Positions 48,608 through 60,536 of a stretch of DNA of 64,000 nt are shown here, piece after piece. Source of the DNA: Candidatus Multivoradales bacterium (GTDB lineage Bacteria > Acidobacteriota > Thermoanaerobaculia > Multivoradales > Multivoraceae); the NCBI GenBank assembly GCA_965223325.1, contig CBDCWI010000001.1, forward strand, positions 640,001 to 704,000, given 5' to 3'. Position numbers and translations under genes: made by a program. The first letter of the stretch is position 1. The number at the start of each line of letters is the position of its first letter. The notes beneath the pieces were generated by a model that was not told the DNA's origin, did not search any database, and was given only the letters and a program-made list of their open reading frames with translations.

Positions 48608-49960
48608 TCAGACCAGCAACCGACGCATGTCACCGAGAACAGACGCCAGGTAGGTGGTGAATCGCACTCCCATGGCTCCGTCGATCACTCGATGGTCATA
48701 AGAGAGACAGAGCGGCAGCATCAAACGAGGCGCAAAGGCGTCGCCCTGCCATACCGGCTTTCGTTCCATGCGCGCTACCCCGAGAATCGCCAGCTCGGGA
48801 GCATTGACGATCGGGGTGAAGCCGGTGCCTCCGATGCCGCCAAGGCTCGAGATCGTGAAGGTCGCGCCCTGAATGTCGTTGGGGCGCAGTTTTCCCTCCC
48901 GCGCCCGCGCACTGACCTCACCCAGCTCGCCGGCCAACTCGAAGAGACCCTTCTGGTCGACGTCACGAATCACCGGCACGACCAGCCCGTTCGGAGTGTC
49001 GACGGCGACCGCGAGGTGGTAGTAGCGCTTGAGAATCAGGCTCTCACCAGAGGGCGCCAGGGACGCGTTGACCTCCGGAAACTTCACGAGCGCCCCCACG
49101 CAGGCCTTGAGCAGAAAGGCAAGCGGCGTGAGCTTGACGCCTGCTGCTGCGGCCTCGGGCTTGAGCTCCTTTCGAAACGCCTCGAGCTCGGTGACGTCGG
49201 CTTCGTCGAACTGGGTGACGTGCGGAACGTTGAGCCAGCTCCGGTGAAGATTGCGCGACGACACCCGACGGATGCGGTGCAGCTCGATCTCCTCGACCGG
49301 CCCGAAGCGCGAGAAGTCGATCGTGGGAACGGCCGGGATGCCGCTGCCCTCTGCAACCGGGTCGGCACCACCGCCAAGGCGCTCCTTGACGTAGCGCCGC
49401 ACGTCGTCGGCGAGGATGCGCTCCTTGCGCCCCGAACCCTTGACCTTCTGCAGGTCGACCCCGAGCTCGCGCGCGAACCGGCGAACCGACGGACTGGCGT
49501 GCACAATCGCCCCGGCACCTGCCGCGCGAACCGAGCTTCCCACGGCGATTTCAGGCGCTGGTGGCGGTGCCTCGTCCTGGTCGAGGTCGGAGTCGGCCTT
49601 GGGACGACGGGTATCGACCGCTCGCACCGGCTCTGCGGCCGGTGTCCCTGCGGGAGGCTCGGCAGCGACTGCGGAAGGGGGGCCTGTCGCCTCCTCGGGC
49701 TCCGCCTCCGAAGCGCCGGCAGCGGCCTCGAGCACGACGATCACTGCCCCCTCGCCGACCTTGTCGCCCACTCTGACGGGCACACTCTTGACGGTACCAG
49801 CGTGCGTCGAGGGCACCTCCATCGAGGCCTTGTCGCTCTCGAGCGTCACCAAGGAGTCGTCGATGGCGACCTGGTCCCCTACCGCCACCAGTACTTCGAT
49901 GACGTCGACCTCGTCGAAGTCACCGATATCCGGCACCTTGATCTCTACTGGTTCGACCAC
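48608..49960 (-). CDS. aceF: Pyruvate dehydrogenase E2 (one lipoyl domain)
   Basis: ESDKAS, HASPSVRRFARELG, SYDHRVIDG. Confidence 0.96.
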   Translation of the reverse strand: MVEPVEIKVPDIGDFDEVDVIEVLVAVGDQVAIDDSLVTLESDKASMEVPSTHAGTVKSVPVRVGDKVGEGAVIVVLEAAAGASEAEPEEATGPPSAVAAEPPAGTPAAEPVRAVDTRRPKADSDLDQDEAPPPAPEIAVGSSVRAAGAGAIVHASPSVRRFARELGVDLQKVKGSGRKERILADDVRRYVKERLGGGADPVAEGSGIPAVPTIDFSRFGPVEEIELHRIRRVSSRNLHRSWLNVPHVTQFDEADVTELEAFRKELKPEAAAAGVKLTPLAFLLKACVGALVKFPEVNASLAPSGESLILKRYYHLAVAVDTPNGLVVPVIRDVDQKGLFELAGELGEVSARAREGKLRPNDIQGATFTISSLGGIGGTGFTPIVNAPELAILGVARMERKPVWQGDAFAPRLMLPLCLSYDHRVIDGAMGVRFTTYLASVLGDMRRLLV

Positions 49961-50009
49961 GCCACTACCCTTCTCTCGTTCCGTTCTCGCTGTTTCTCAT
50001 GGTCGACGT

Positions 50010-52757
50010 CTACACGTGTGCCGGGTTGCTCTTCTCGGGGTCGATCCCGTAGCGCTCGATCGCTTCGGTGACCACTGAGCGCTCCACCACCCCGAGCTGC
50101 GCGAGCTCATAGAGAGCCGCGACAACGACATGGTGGCGATCGACCTCGAAGAACTCGCGCAGCGTCTCACGCGTATCGCTCCTGCCGAAGCCATCGGTTC
50201 CGAGCACATGGTAGGGCGCGTCGACCCACGACCGGATCTGATCCGCAAAGACCGTCATGTAGTCGGTCGCCGCAACGACCGGGCCGCTACCCTCAGCCAG
50301 CACCTCGGAAACGTACGGCACTCGCGGTTCCGCTTCCGGGTGCAGACGATTCCAACGATCACAGTCCAGCCCGTCGCGCCGCAAGAGGGTCAGGCCAGGG
50401 GCGGAAAACACGGTCGCTGGGCAGTCCCAATCCTGCTCGAGAATCTCGGCCGCCGCTTCGACCTCGCGCAGAATGGCGCCACAGCCGAGGAGGCGCACGG
50501 CGCGGGCCTTCTTCTTGCCGCGTGCCGCCCGAGCGCTACGCAGCGTGTAGATGCCGCGGCAGATGCCTGAGGCTTTGCCCTCGGGCATCGGCGGCATGAC
50601 GTAGTTCTCGTTGAGAACGGTCAGGTAGTAGAAGATGTCTTCCTGCTCCTGGTACATGCGACGCAGTCCATCTTGCAGAATCACCGCGACCTCGTAGCCA
50701 TAGGTCGGGTCATAGGCCTGGCAGGTTGGCACGGTGGAAGCGAGAAGGTGGCTGTGACCGTCTTCATGCTGCAATCCTTCGCCGTTCAGCGTCGTTCGCC
50801 CCGAAGTGCCACCGATGAGAAAGCCGCGCGAGCGCATGTCGGCACCCGCCCAGATGAAGTCGCCCACTCGTTGGAAGCCAAACATCGAATAGAAGATGAA
50901 GAACGGGATCATGGTGATGCCGTGGTTGGCGTACGAGGTCCCGGCTGCGATCCACGAGCACAGCGCGCCCGCTTCGTTGATGCCTTCCTGCAGGATCTGG
51001 CCGTCGCGCGCTTCCTTGTAGGGGGCGATCTGACCTGCGTCGACGGGTTCGTAGAGCTGACCGCGTGGCGAGTAGATCCCGAGCTGGCGGAACATGCCCT
51101 CCATCCCGAAGGTGCGCGCCTCATCCGCGACGATAGGCACCAGGTGCTCCTTGAGGCCTTTGTGTCGCGCGAGCAGAATGAGGGAGCGCACGAAGGTCAT
51201 GGTGGTCGAGATGTCGCGCTCGCCGGAGCCCTCGGTGAGGCTCTTGAAGTAGTCGAGGTCCGGGACCTCCAGCTTCGGCGCCTCAGCCGAGCGCGCGGGC
51301 AGGTACCCACCGAGGGCCGCTCGCCGTTCCTGCATGTACTGCAACTCGGGGCTCTCGGCAGGCGGGCGGTAGAACGGTGTCTCGTCGAGCTCTTCGTCTG
51401 AGATCGGGATGTTGAGGCGATCGCGCAAGTTGCGCAGCGACTCCTCACCCATCTTCTTCTGCGAGTGGGTGATGTTCATGCCCTCACCCGATTCGCCCAT
51501 GCCGTAGCCCTTGACCGTCTTGACCAGGAGCACCGTCGGCTGTCCACGATGCGCTACGGCGGCGGCGTAGGCCGAGTAGAGCTTGTGGGGGTCATGGCCA
51601 CCACGGTTCAAACGCCAGATGTCCTCGTCGGTCAGGTGCGCCACCATCTCCTTGAGCTCTGGGTACTTGCCGAAGAAGTGCTCGCGCACGAAACCACCAT
51701 CGCGCGACGCCTTGTAGGCCTGGTACTCGCCGTCGACCGCCTCCTCCATGCGCTGGCGCAGAAGGCCCTTGGTGTCCCGCGCGAACAGTGGGTCCCAGTA
51801 CGAGCCCCAGATCACCTTGATGACGTTCCACCCGGAGCCGCGGAAGTTCGCCTCGAGCTCCTGAATGATCTTGCCGTTGCCGCGCACCGGTCCATCGAGG
51901 CGCTGCAGGTTGCAGTTGACGACGAACACCAGGTTGTCGAGCTGTTCGCGCGCGGCGAGCGAAATCGCCCCCAGCGACTCCGGTTCGTCCATCTCACCGT
52001 CGCCCATGAACGCGAACACCTTGCGGTCGCTGGCGTCTTTGAGACCCCGGTTGTCGAGGTACTTCATGAAACGCGCCTGGTAGATCGCCATCATCGGCCC
52101 CAGTCCCATCGAAACGGTCGGGAACTGCCAGAACCCCGGCATCAACCAGGGATGGGGGTACGACGACAGGCCACCCGGGCCGACCTCGCGACGGAAACGA
52201 TCGAGATCTTCCTCGTCGAGGCGCCCCTCGAGAAAGGCACGGGCGTAGATTCCCGGCGACGAGTGCCCCTGAATGAGCAACAGATCGCCGCCGTGCTCCT
52301 CGGTCGGAGCACGAAAGAAATGGTTGAAGCCAACGTCGTAGATCGTTGCCGCCGAAGCGAAGCTCGCGATGTGGCCGCCGAGACCCTCGAAACGCTTGTT
52401 GGCGCGCACGACCATCGCCATCGCGTTCCAGCGGATCATCGACTGGATGCGCCACTCCAGCTCAGCATTGCCCGGTGACTTCGCACCGATGCCGGCCGGA
52501 ATGGTGTTCTGGTACGCGGTGGTGGCATCGAACGGCAGGTTCGCACCTTGCTCGCGCGCTCTTCCGACCAGCGCTTCGAGCAGGAAATGCGCCCGCTCGA
52601 TGCCCTCGCGCTCTAAGACCCCATCGAGCGCTCCGATCCATTCACCGGTTTCCTGGGGATCGAGGTCCGGTTCACGCGTTCCAACCAGCCAGGCCGGCCC
52701 AGGCGGCCGCTCGCCGGTACCGAGTGCGCTCTGCTTCGCTTTGTCGTCGACTGCCAT
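50010..52757 (-). CDS. aceE: Pyruvate dehydrogenase E1, homodimeric type
   Basis: D.DPQET.EW, LSSYPHP, PTVSMGLG, GDGEMDEPES, GEGLQH, GFGRSD. Confidence 0.97.
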   Translation of the reverse strand: MAVDDKAKQSALGTGERPPGPAWLVGTREPDLDPQETGEWIGALDGVLEREGIERAHFLLEALVGRAREQGANLPFDATTAYQNTIPAGIGAKSPGNAELEWRIQSMIRWNAMAMVVRANKRFEGLGGHIASFASAATIYDVGFNHFFRAPTEEHGGDLLLIQGHSSPGIYARAFLEGRLDEEDLDRFRREVGPGGLSSYPHPWLMPGFWQFPTVSMGLGPMMAIYQARFMKYLDNRGLKDASDRKVFAFMGDGEMDEPESLGAISLAAREQLDNLVFVVNCNLQRLDGPVRGNGKIIQELEANFRGSGWNVIKVIWGSYWDPLFARDTKGLLRQRMEEAVDGEYQAYKASRDGGFVREHFFGKYPELKEMVAHLTDEDIWRLNRGGHDPHKLYSAYAAAVAHRGQPTVLLVKTVKGYGMGESGEGMNITHSQKKMGEESLRNLRDRLNIPISDEELDETPFYRPPAESPELQYMQERRAALGGYLPARSAEAPKLEVPDLDYFKSLTEGSGERDISTTMTFVRSLILLARHKGLKEHLVPIVADEARTFGMEGMFRQLGIYSPRGQLYEPVDAGQIAPYKEARDGQILQEGINEAGALCSWIAAGTSYANHGITMIPFFIFYSMFGFQRVGDFIWAGADMRSRGFLIGGTSGRTTLNGEGLQHEDGHSHLLASTVPTCQAYDPTYGYEVAVILQDGLRRMYQEQEDIFYYLTVLNENYVMPPMPEGKASGICRGIYTLRSARAARGKKKARAVRLLGCGAILREVEAAAEILEQDWDCPATVFSAPGLTLLRRDGLDCDRWNRLHPEAEPRVPYVSEVLAEGSGPVVAATDYMTVFADQIRSWVDAPYHVLGTDGFGRSDTRETLREFFEVDRHHVVVAALYELAQLGVVERSVVTEAIERYGIDPEKSNPAHV

Positions 52758-52819
52758 CGTCTCGCTTCTCTTCTGCCAGTTGCCGCGTAACCCTCCCAAA
52801 GTAAGTCATTTCCGCGCCG

Positions 52820-52837
52820 TGTTCAACATGTTGAACA
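52820..52837. promoter_or_regulatory. Perfect 18-bp palindrome, candidate operator of the PDH operon
   Basis: TGTTCAACATGTTGAACA, 63 bp upstream of the aceE ATG. Confidence 0.65.
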
Positions 52838-52866
52838 AGAAAGCGTTCGCCATATCGGAACGCTGT

Positions 52867-53466
52867 TCAGGCATCGGGACTCGCAGAACCGCCACCCTCG
52901 CGCACCAGACGTCTGAAGGTCACGAGGCCTTGAATCGAAAGTAGGAGATAGAAAACGTACAACCCCGCGGTGAGCTCGAGGCCGCGCGACAGGTAGAGCG
53001 GTATGTAGATGACGTCGACTGCGATCCAGATCCACCAACTCTCGACCCAACGCCCCATCAGATAAACGTGCGCGACGAGGCTCATGACGGTGGTCAACGC
53101 GTCCCAGAAAGGCAGCGCGCCGCCGAGCTCGACCATGAGCCAGCGCAGGAAGAAGAATGCCAGCAAGGCAACGACCAGGGTTGGCAGCACCAGGCGACCC
53201 GGCACGCGGCGCACCGGTCGCTCCTGGCGATCGGCGCCCCCGCGCATCCACAACCAGATGGCCTGCAGGCTGGTGAAGAAGTAGAACGTTTGGATGCCGA
53301 CCTCGCCGTAGAGCTTCACCTGGTAGAAGACCCATCCAAAGGCAGCCACGCTGGCCAGCGCCACGAACCATCCGGCGACTTTGTTGTGCGCCAACAGCCA
53401 TACCGAAACGGCGCCAGTGACCACGGCGAAAGTCTCGAGAGGGTTGGTCCACAGAAAGGAAAGCAT
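52867..53466 (-). CDS. pnuC: Pnu-family vitamin transporter (PnuC/PnuT)
   Basis: About 7 TM; LYGE..Q, W.W, WDALTT, ESWWIWIAVD. Confidence 0.88.
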   Translation of the reverse strand: MLSFLWTNPLETFAVVTGAVSVWLLAHNKVAGWFVALASVAAFGWVFYQVKLYGEVGIQTFYFFTSLQAIWLWMRGGADRQERPVRRVPGRLVLPTLVVALLAFFFLRWLMVELGGALPFWDALTTVMSLVAHVYLMGRWVESWWIWIAVDVIYIPLYLSRGLELTAGLYVFYLLLSIQGLVTFRRLVREGGGSASPDA

Positions 53467-53524
53467 GAGGCCCCCGACCTTACTGAACAGGCGAGTTGCC
53501 GGGTCTGTTACCGTTTGAGGTCAG

Positions 53525-55632
<2,108 letters not shown>

Positions 55633-55690
55633 ACGCACCGCGAGGATTCGGTCGCAACCCAAACCCAACGACCACCAACACCATGCCCCA

Positions 55691-58156
55691 CTACCCGTCG
55701 TTTCGGATCGCCAGCCAGGGGTCAACCGATGCGGCGCGTTTGGCGGGCAGATACGCCGCCAGCACGCCGGCAACCAGCAGCACGATGGTGGCGGTCCCAA
55801 AGGCCGCCGGGTCACGCGGGTTGAGACCGTAGAGCTGGCTCGCCAACAGGCGAGAAAGAAGAAGTGCTCCCACCAGGCCGAGCACGAGACCCACTGCCGT
55901 CAGCACCATGCCGTCACGCATTGCCCACCTCAGAATCGCCGGCCGATCCGAGCCCAGCGCCATCCGAATGCCGATCTCGCGTCGTCTCTGGCTGACACTG
56001 AAGCTCAAGACCCCGTACAGCCCGACTGCTGCCAGCAACAGAGCGAACAGCCCGAAGCCGCCCAGGAACTGAGCGCCAGTGCGTACCGGGAACAAGGCCA
56101 TCGACAGTTGTTGATCAATCGAACGCAGGTTGTTGACCGCCATGCCGGGTGCCAGGCGCCCGACTTCGGTGCGTAGGGCCGCTGCGAGAGCCATAGGGTC
56201 GCCGTCGGTCGCCAAGACGACCTCCATCGCTGGTTCGTAGTACTGCCCTGCAGGAACCCACAGGTAGGGCTCGGGATCCTGGCCGAGGCCCTTCCACTTG
56301 ACGTCTTGCGCAACCCCGATGACCTCCCAGGTCTGCCGATTCATGCGCACCCGACCTCCGAGAGGTTCACGACCATCCCAGTAGCGCTTGGCCATCGCCT
56401 CGGAGACCACGAGAACCGGATGGGAATCGGCGGTATCGGTCTCGCGAAAACCCCGGCCAGCAATCAACGGGATGTCGAGCACCTCGAAGTAGCCAGGGTG
56501 GACGACGTTGTAGTCCGGGTTCATGCGCTCGTCCGGAGCCTCCTCATAACCCTCGACAGAGAGGCCGTTCTGCTGCGAGCTACCGAGGGTGAAGGGTGTG
56601 ACCTCTCCAAAGCTCACCTCACGAACACCTGGGGCATTCGAGAGCGCCAGATCGAGCTGCTCGTAGAAGGACCTCGTCTCGGTCTCCGACATACCTGCCA
56701 ACGAAGGATCGAGGCTCGCCACGAGGACCCCAGAGGTGGCAAAGCCCGGATCGATGGTGCGGGCCTGGCCGAGGGCGCGCAGGAAGAGCGCCGAGCCCAC
56801 CAGCAGGAGGAGTGAGAGCGCCACTTGTGCCACCACCAACATGCGGCTGGCGCTCCAGGACATGCCGAGGAAACGACGCCCCGGCTCCGAGATCGCGCCG
56901 TCCGAGCGCAGGCCGAGCGACAGTTTCGTTCGGCTGGCGCGCAGCGCGGGAAAGAGGCCGAAGACGACCGCCGTTGCCACCGTGAGCGCGAAGGTAAACA
57001 GCACAACGCTTACATCGGGCTCGAAGTCGAAGCGCAGCGGTATACCGACGTCTGGAATCAACCGCGGCAACAGGCGCGATCCGGCAAAGGTCAGAACCAG
57101 CCCGAAGGCGCCGCCGAGAAGACCCAGAACCAGCGACTCGGTCAACAGCTGGCGGATCAGCTGCCAGCGGCTGGCGCCAGTCGCCAAACGCACATTCATC
57201 TCGGCGCGCCGTGACAGAGAGCGCGCCAGCAGGAGGTTGGCAACGTTGCCGCAAGCAACCAGCAGGACAATGGCCACCATCACCAACATCGTCGCACTCG
57301 AACCGACGACCATGCCCCTGGCCTCGGGCGAGCCGGTGACGGCGGAATCGGCGATCGGCAGTGTGGTGAACCCAAACGACCCTTCTTCCCAACCGTGCTC
57401 TTCCCTGAGGCTGGCTGCCATGGCATCCATCGCCGCCGAGGCCTGCTCGACGGAGACGCCGTCGCGCAGGCGACCGGTCGTCAGAAACAACCACCCCGAC
57501 CCGCGGCTGTCGAGGGCGCCCTGGGCCGGCGCCACCACCGGCTCCATTGCCAGCGGAACCCAGAGATCAACATCGGCCACCACCAGAGTGCCCACGAAGC
57601 CAGGAGGAGCCACTCCGATGATCGTGAAGGCGCTCCCGTTGAGCAGGAACTCTCGGCCGACGACATCGGTCGCGCCACCCCAACGCTCCTGCCAGGCAGA
57701 ATGGCTGAGAACCGCGACCGGATGACCTCCTCGCACGACGTCGTCGCTTGCCGCCAGCGGCCGACCGAGCACCGCACCGACCCCGAGGACGTCGAAGTAG
57801 TTGCCACCCACGATGGCCGCCGTGGCGCGCTCAGACGACCCGCCAGAGGAAATGTCGACCGGGCGAAGGTTGCCGGTCGTAAAGCCCGAAAACACAGTGT
57901 TGTTGTCTCGAACGTCGACGTAGTTCGGGTAGGAGAAGCTGGCATACGGGAAGCTGGCCCCCGACTGGTAGACCCGCACCAGTTCTTCAGGCTTCTCGAC
58001 CGGAATCGTTGGCGTGAGCAGCTTGCTGGTTACCGAAAAAACCATTCCGTTCAGACCAATGGCGAGGCCGATGCAGAGAATGACGGTTGCGGTGAGGGTC
58101 GGGTTGCGGCGCAGCATACGCATTGCATAGCTCCAGTCCTGGCCGAATCGATCCAT
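55691..58156 (-). CDS. ADOP-type duplicated MacB/FtsX ABC permease
   Basis: Two MacB halves; ACGNVANLLLAR, RQLLTES, LVVAQVALS, RREIGIRMALG, PAKRAASVDP. Confidence 0.92.
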   Translation of the reverse strand: MDRFGQDWSYAMRMLRRNPTLTATVILCIGLAIGLNGMVFSVTSKLLTPTIPVEKPEELVRVYQSGASFPYASFSYPNYVDVRDNNTVFSGFTTGNLRPVDISSGGSSERATAAIVGGNYFDVLGVGAVLGRPLAASDDVVRGGHPVAVLSHSAWQERWGGATDVVGREFLLNGSAFTIIGVAPPGFVGTLVVADVDLWVPLAMEPVVAPAQGALDSRGSGWLFLTTGRLRDGVSVEQASAAMDAMAASLREEHGWEEGSFGFTTLPIADSAVTGSPEARGMVVGSSATMLVMVAIVLLVACGNVANLLLARSLSRRAEMNVRLATGASRWQLIRQLLTESLVLGLLGGAFGLVLTFAGSRLLPRLIPDVGIPLRFDFEPDVSVVLFTFALTVATAVVFGLFPALRASRTKLSLGLRSDGAISEPGRRFLGMSWSASRMLVVAQVALSLLLLVGSALFLRALGQARTIDPGFATSGVLVASLDPSLAGMSETETRSFYEQLDLALSNAPGVREVSFGEVTPFTLGSSQQNGLSVEGYEEAPDERMNPDYNVVHPGYFEVLDIPLIAGRGFRETDTADSHPVLVVSEAMAKRYWDGREPLGGRVRMNRQTWEVIGVAQDVKWKGLGQDPEPYLWVPAGQYYEPAMEVVLATDGDPMALAAALRTEVGRLAPGMAVNNLRSIDQQLSMALFPVRTGAQFLGGFGLFALLLAAVGLYGVLSFSVSQRRREIGIRMALGSDRPAILRWAMRDGMVLTAVGLVLGLVGALLLSRLLASQLYGLNPRDPAAFGTATIVLLVAGVLAAYLPAKRAASVDPWLAIRNDG

Positions 58157-58224
58157 GGCGGAGGCTCCTTGTCACCCATGTCTGAGGGTCAGCGATTCCT
58201 GTTTGGGGAGAGTCAGTCTTTCCT

Positions 58225-58251
58225 TACGAGATGGCCGGCCCTCTTGTTTCC
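58225..58251 (-). promoter_or_regulatory. ECF sigma factor-type promoter for the ADOP permease
   Basis: Minus strand GGAAAC-N17-CGTA about 70 bp upstream of the start. Confidence 0.55.
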
Positions 58252-58462
58252 GGTGTTGTGTGAGACCCCATCGGGCTATGCTCTCGCCTAGCGGAGCCGA
58301 GCGGCGCGAGAGGCTCTCGATTCGAGGTGTACCGCGGCTCCTGGGCCGTGAATACCGGCACCCGTTCGCCCGTACCAGCGGCGGCTTTCCCAGTTGACAG
58401 CAGAGCGCCCGCGCCTCTTCTAACCCTGGACTACTCTCTTTGCACCTACCGGCACGACCGCC

Positions 58463-59737
58463 ATGAACCTCCGCGACATTTTTGATCTCCTGCGCCTCGA
58501 ACTCCTCGGCGGCCTGCGTGAGCGTTCGATCGTCATCAACAGCATCCTGGTGCCGGTCCTCTTGTATCCGGCGATCATCTTCGCGATGTTGACTCTCATG
58601 ACCTTCGTCGACGCGCAGACCGAGCGCTTCGAGTCGCGGGTCGAGGTTGTCGGTGAAGGCCCGGCAACCCAAGAGGTCATCGAGCGTCTCGCGGCCCGCG
58701 ACAACGTCACCGTCACCCAGATCGAAGCGGGGAGCGAGACGGCGAGCTCGGCTACTGCGCGCCTCGAGTTGGGCAGCATCGACGCTCTACTCGAAGTTCG
58801 CCCGGCCGGAGAGCGCGCGTCGCCGGATCGCATCGCCAACGATGCCGACTTCGCACTCACGGTCGTGACCTCGCGCGACCGCAGCTCGACCGCAGCCGCC
58901 CGGGTGCGGAGCGCTATCGAGGAACACCGCCGCGAACGCATCGACCACGAGGCGCGCACTCGCGGTGTCCCGGCCGACCAGTGGCAAGTCTTCTCGATCG
59001 AAGAGAACAACCTGGCAACCGGTCGGCAAATGGGGGCCTTCGTCCTCAGTTTGCTGATCCCGCTCACTCTCACCGTGATGATTGCCGCCGGTTGCTTCTA
59101 TCCGGCCGTCGGCGCGACCGCCGGTGAGCGCGAGCGGGGGACCTGGGAGACCACTCTCAGCCTGGCGACCGCACGATCAAACGTCGTCGTCGCCAAGTAC
59201 CTCTACGTCGTAGTTTTCGGGTGTCTGGCCGGGTTCCTCAACGTCGTTGCCCTCCTGGTCAGCGCCCGGGGCATCCTGGCAGGAATGACCCGAGACGCTC
59301 CGGTCGAGGTCTCGCTGCCGCTCTCGACCCTGCCGGTTCTTCTGGTGTGCTCGGTTCTCCTGGCTACCATGCTGGCCGCCGGAATGATGATCTTCGCCAG
59401 CTTCGCACGCACCTTCAAGGAAGGTCAGGCAATGGTCACGCCGTTCTACATACTTTCGATCGTGCCCGTCATGGCGATGGTTGACGAGGGGCTACGCCTC
59501 ACCGAGAAAACCGCCCTGGTGCCTTTTCTCAATACCGCGCTTCTCATGCGCGACGCCTTCCAGGGCCAGGTTGCCGCCGTGCCTGTGCTGATCACCCTGG
59601 TCGTCTCGGCTGTAGTGGTTGCGCTCCTCTTGTTCATCGCTTCGCGCATTCTCGCCTACGAAGACATCCTGACCGGCACCTACGATGGCAAGTTCACCCA
59701 GTTCATACGCCAGCGCCTGTTCGCTAAAGGCGCCTGA
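58463..59737 (+). CDS. ABC-2 permease (NatB-like)
   Basis: AGERERGTWETTL...AKY, ARTFKEGQ; about 6 TM plus extracytoplasmic loop. Confidence 0.88.
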   Translation: MNLRDIFDLLRLELLGGLRERSIVINSILVPVLLYPAIIFAMLTLMTFVDAQTERFESRVEVVGEGPATQEVIERLAARDNVTVTQIEAGSETASSATARLELGSIDALLEVRPAGERASPDRIANDADFALTVVTSRDRSSTAAARVRSAIEEHRRERIDHEARTRGVPADQWQVFSIEENNLATGRQMGAFVLSLLIPLTLTVMIAAGCFYPAVGATAGERERGTWETTLSLATARSNVVVAKYLYVVVFGCLAGFLNVVALLVSARGILAGMTRDAPVEVSLPLSTLPVLLVCSVLLATMLAAGMMIFASFARTFKEGQAMVTPFYILSIVPVMAMVDEGLRLTEKTALVPFLNTALLMRDAFQGQVAAVPVLITLVVSAVVVALLLFIASRILAYEDILTGTYDGKFTQFIRQRLFAKGA

Positions 59738-59753
59738 GGAGATCGGAGACCGG

Positions 59754-60536
59754 ATGACGATCCCAGTCGAAGTTTCGAACCTCACCAAGACCTACTACGA
59801 CGAAGGACGCGGCGAGGTCCATGCCGTCGCCGGTATCGACTTCGGATGCCGCACTGGAGAGATCTTCGGCCTGTTGGGTGCCAACGGCGCCGGTAAGACC
59901 ACGACGCTGCGCATGCTCGCCACCATTCTCGAGCCCAGCGCCGGCAGCGCCGCAATCATGGGTCACGACGTGCAGGCCGAGCCTGAGGCTGTGCGCCGCA
60001 ATCTCGGCTTCTACTCCGCCAGTACCGCCCTCTACCCGCGCCTGACCGGGCGCGAGACTCTCGACCTCTTCGTGCGGGTGAACAAGTACCCCCGCGAGCG
60101 CGTCAAAGAGCGAGTCGACGAGCTGGTCGAACGATTCGGTATCGAGGAGTACGCCGACGCGCGGGTCGAGAAGCTCTCCTCAGGTATGAAGCAGAAGGTC
60201 TCGATGGCGCGCACCGTCGCCCATGACCCACCGGTCTTGATCTTCGATGAACCCACTGTCGGGCTCGACGTCATCAACGCCCTCGACCTGCAGGAGACCA
60301 TTAGCGGCCTTCGCGACGAAGGCAAGACGATCATCTTCTCGACCCACATCATGAGCGAGGCCGAGCGCCTCTGTGACCGCATCGCGATCATCCATCGTGG
60401 CCACATTCACGCCTGCGACACGCTCGAGGGTCTACGGGCCCAGACTGGTCAGCACTACCTCGAGGACATTTTCGTGCACTTCGTCGAGACCGCACAGCGT
60501 GAAGAGTCCGGCCCGAAGGGGACAGCAACCTCGTGA
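59754..60536 (+). CDS. ABC transporter ATP-binding protein (NatA-like)
   Basis: GANGAGKTT, LSSGM, FDEPT, STH. Confidence 0.93.
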   Translation: MTIPVEVSNLTKTYYDEGRGEVHAVAGIDFGCRTGEIFGLLGANGAGKTTTLRMLATILEPSAGSAAIMGHDVQAEPEAVRRNLGFYSASTALYPRLTGRETLDLFVRVNKYPRERVKERVDELVERFGIEEYADARVEKLSSGMKQKVSMARTVAHDPPVLIFDEPTVGLDVINALDLQETISGLRDEGKTIIFSTHIMSEAERLCDRIAIIHRGHIHACDTLEGLRAQTGQHYLEDIFVHFVETAQREESGPKGTATS

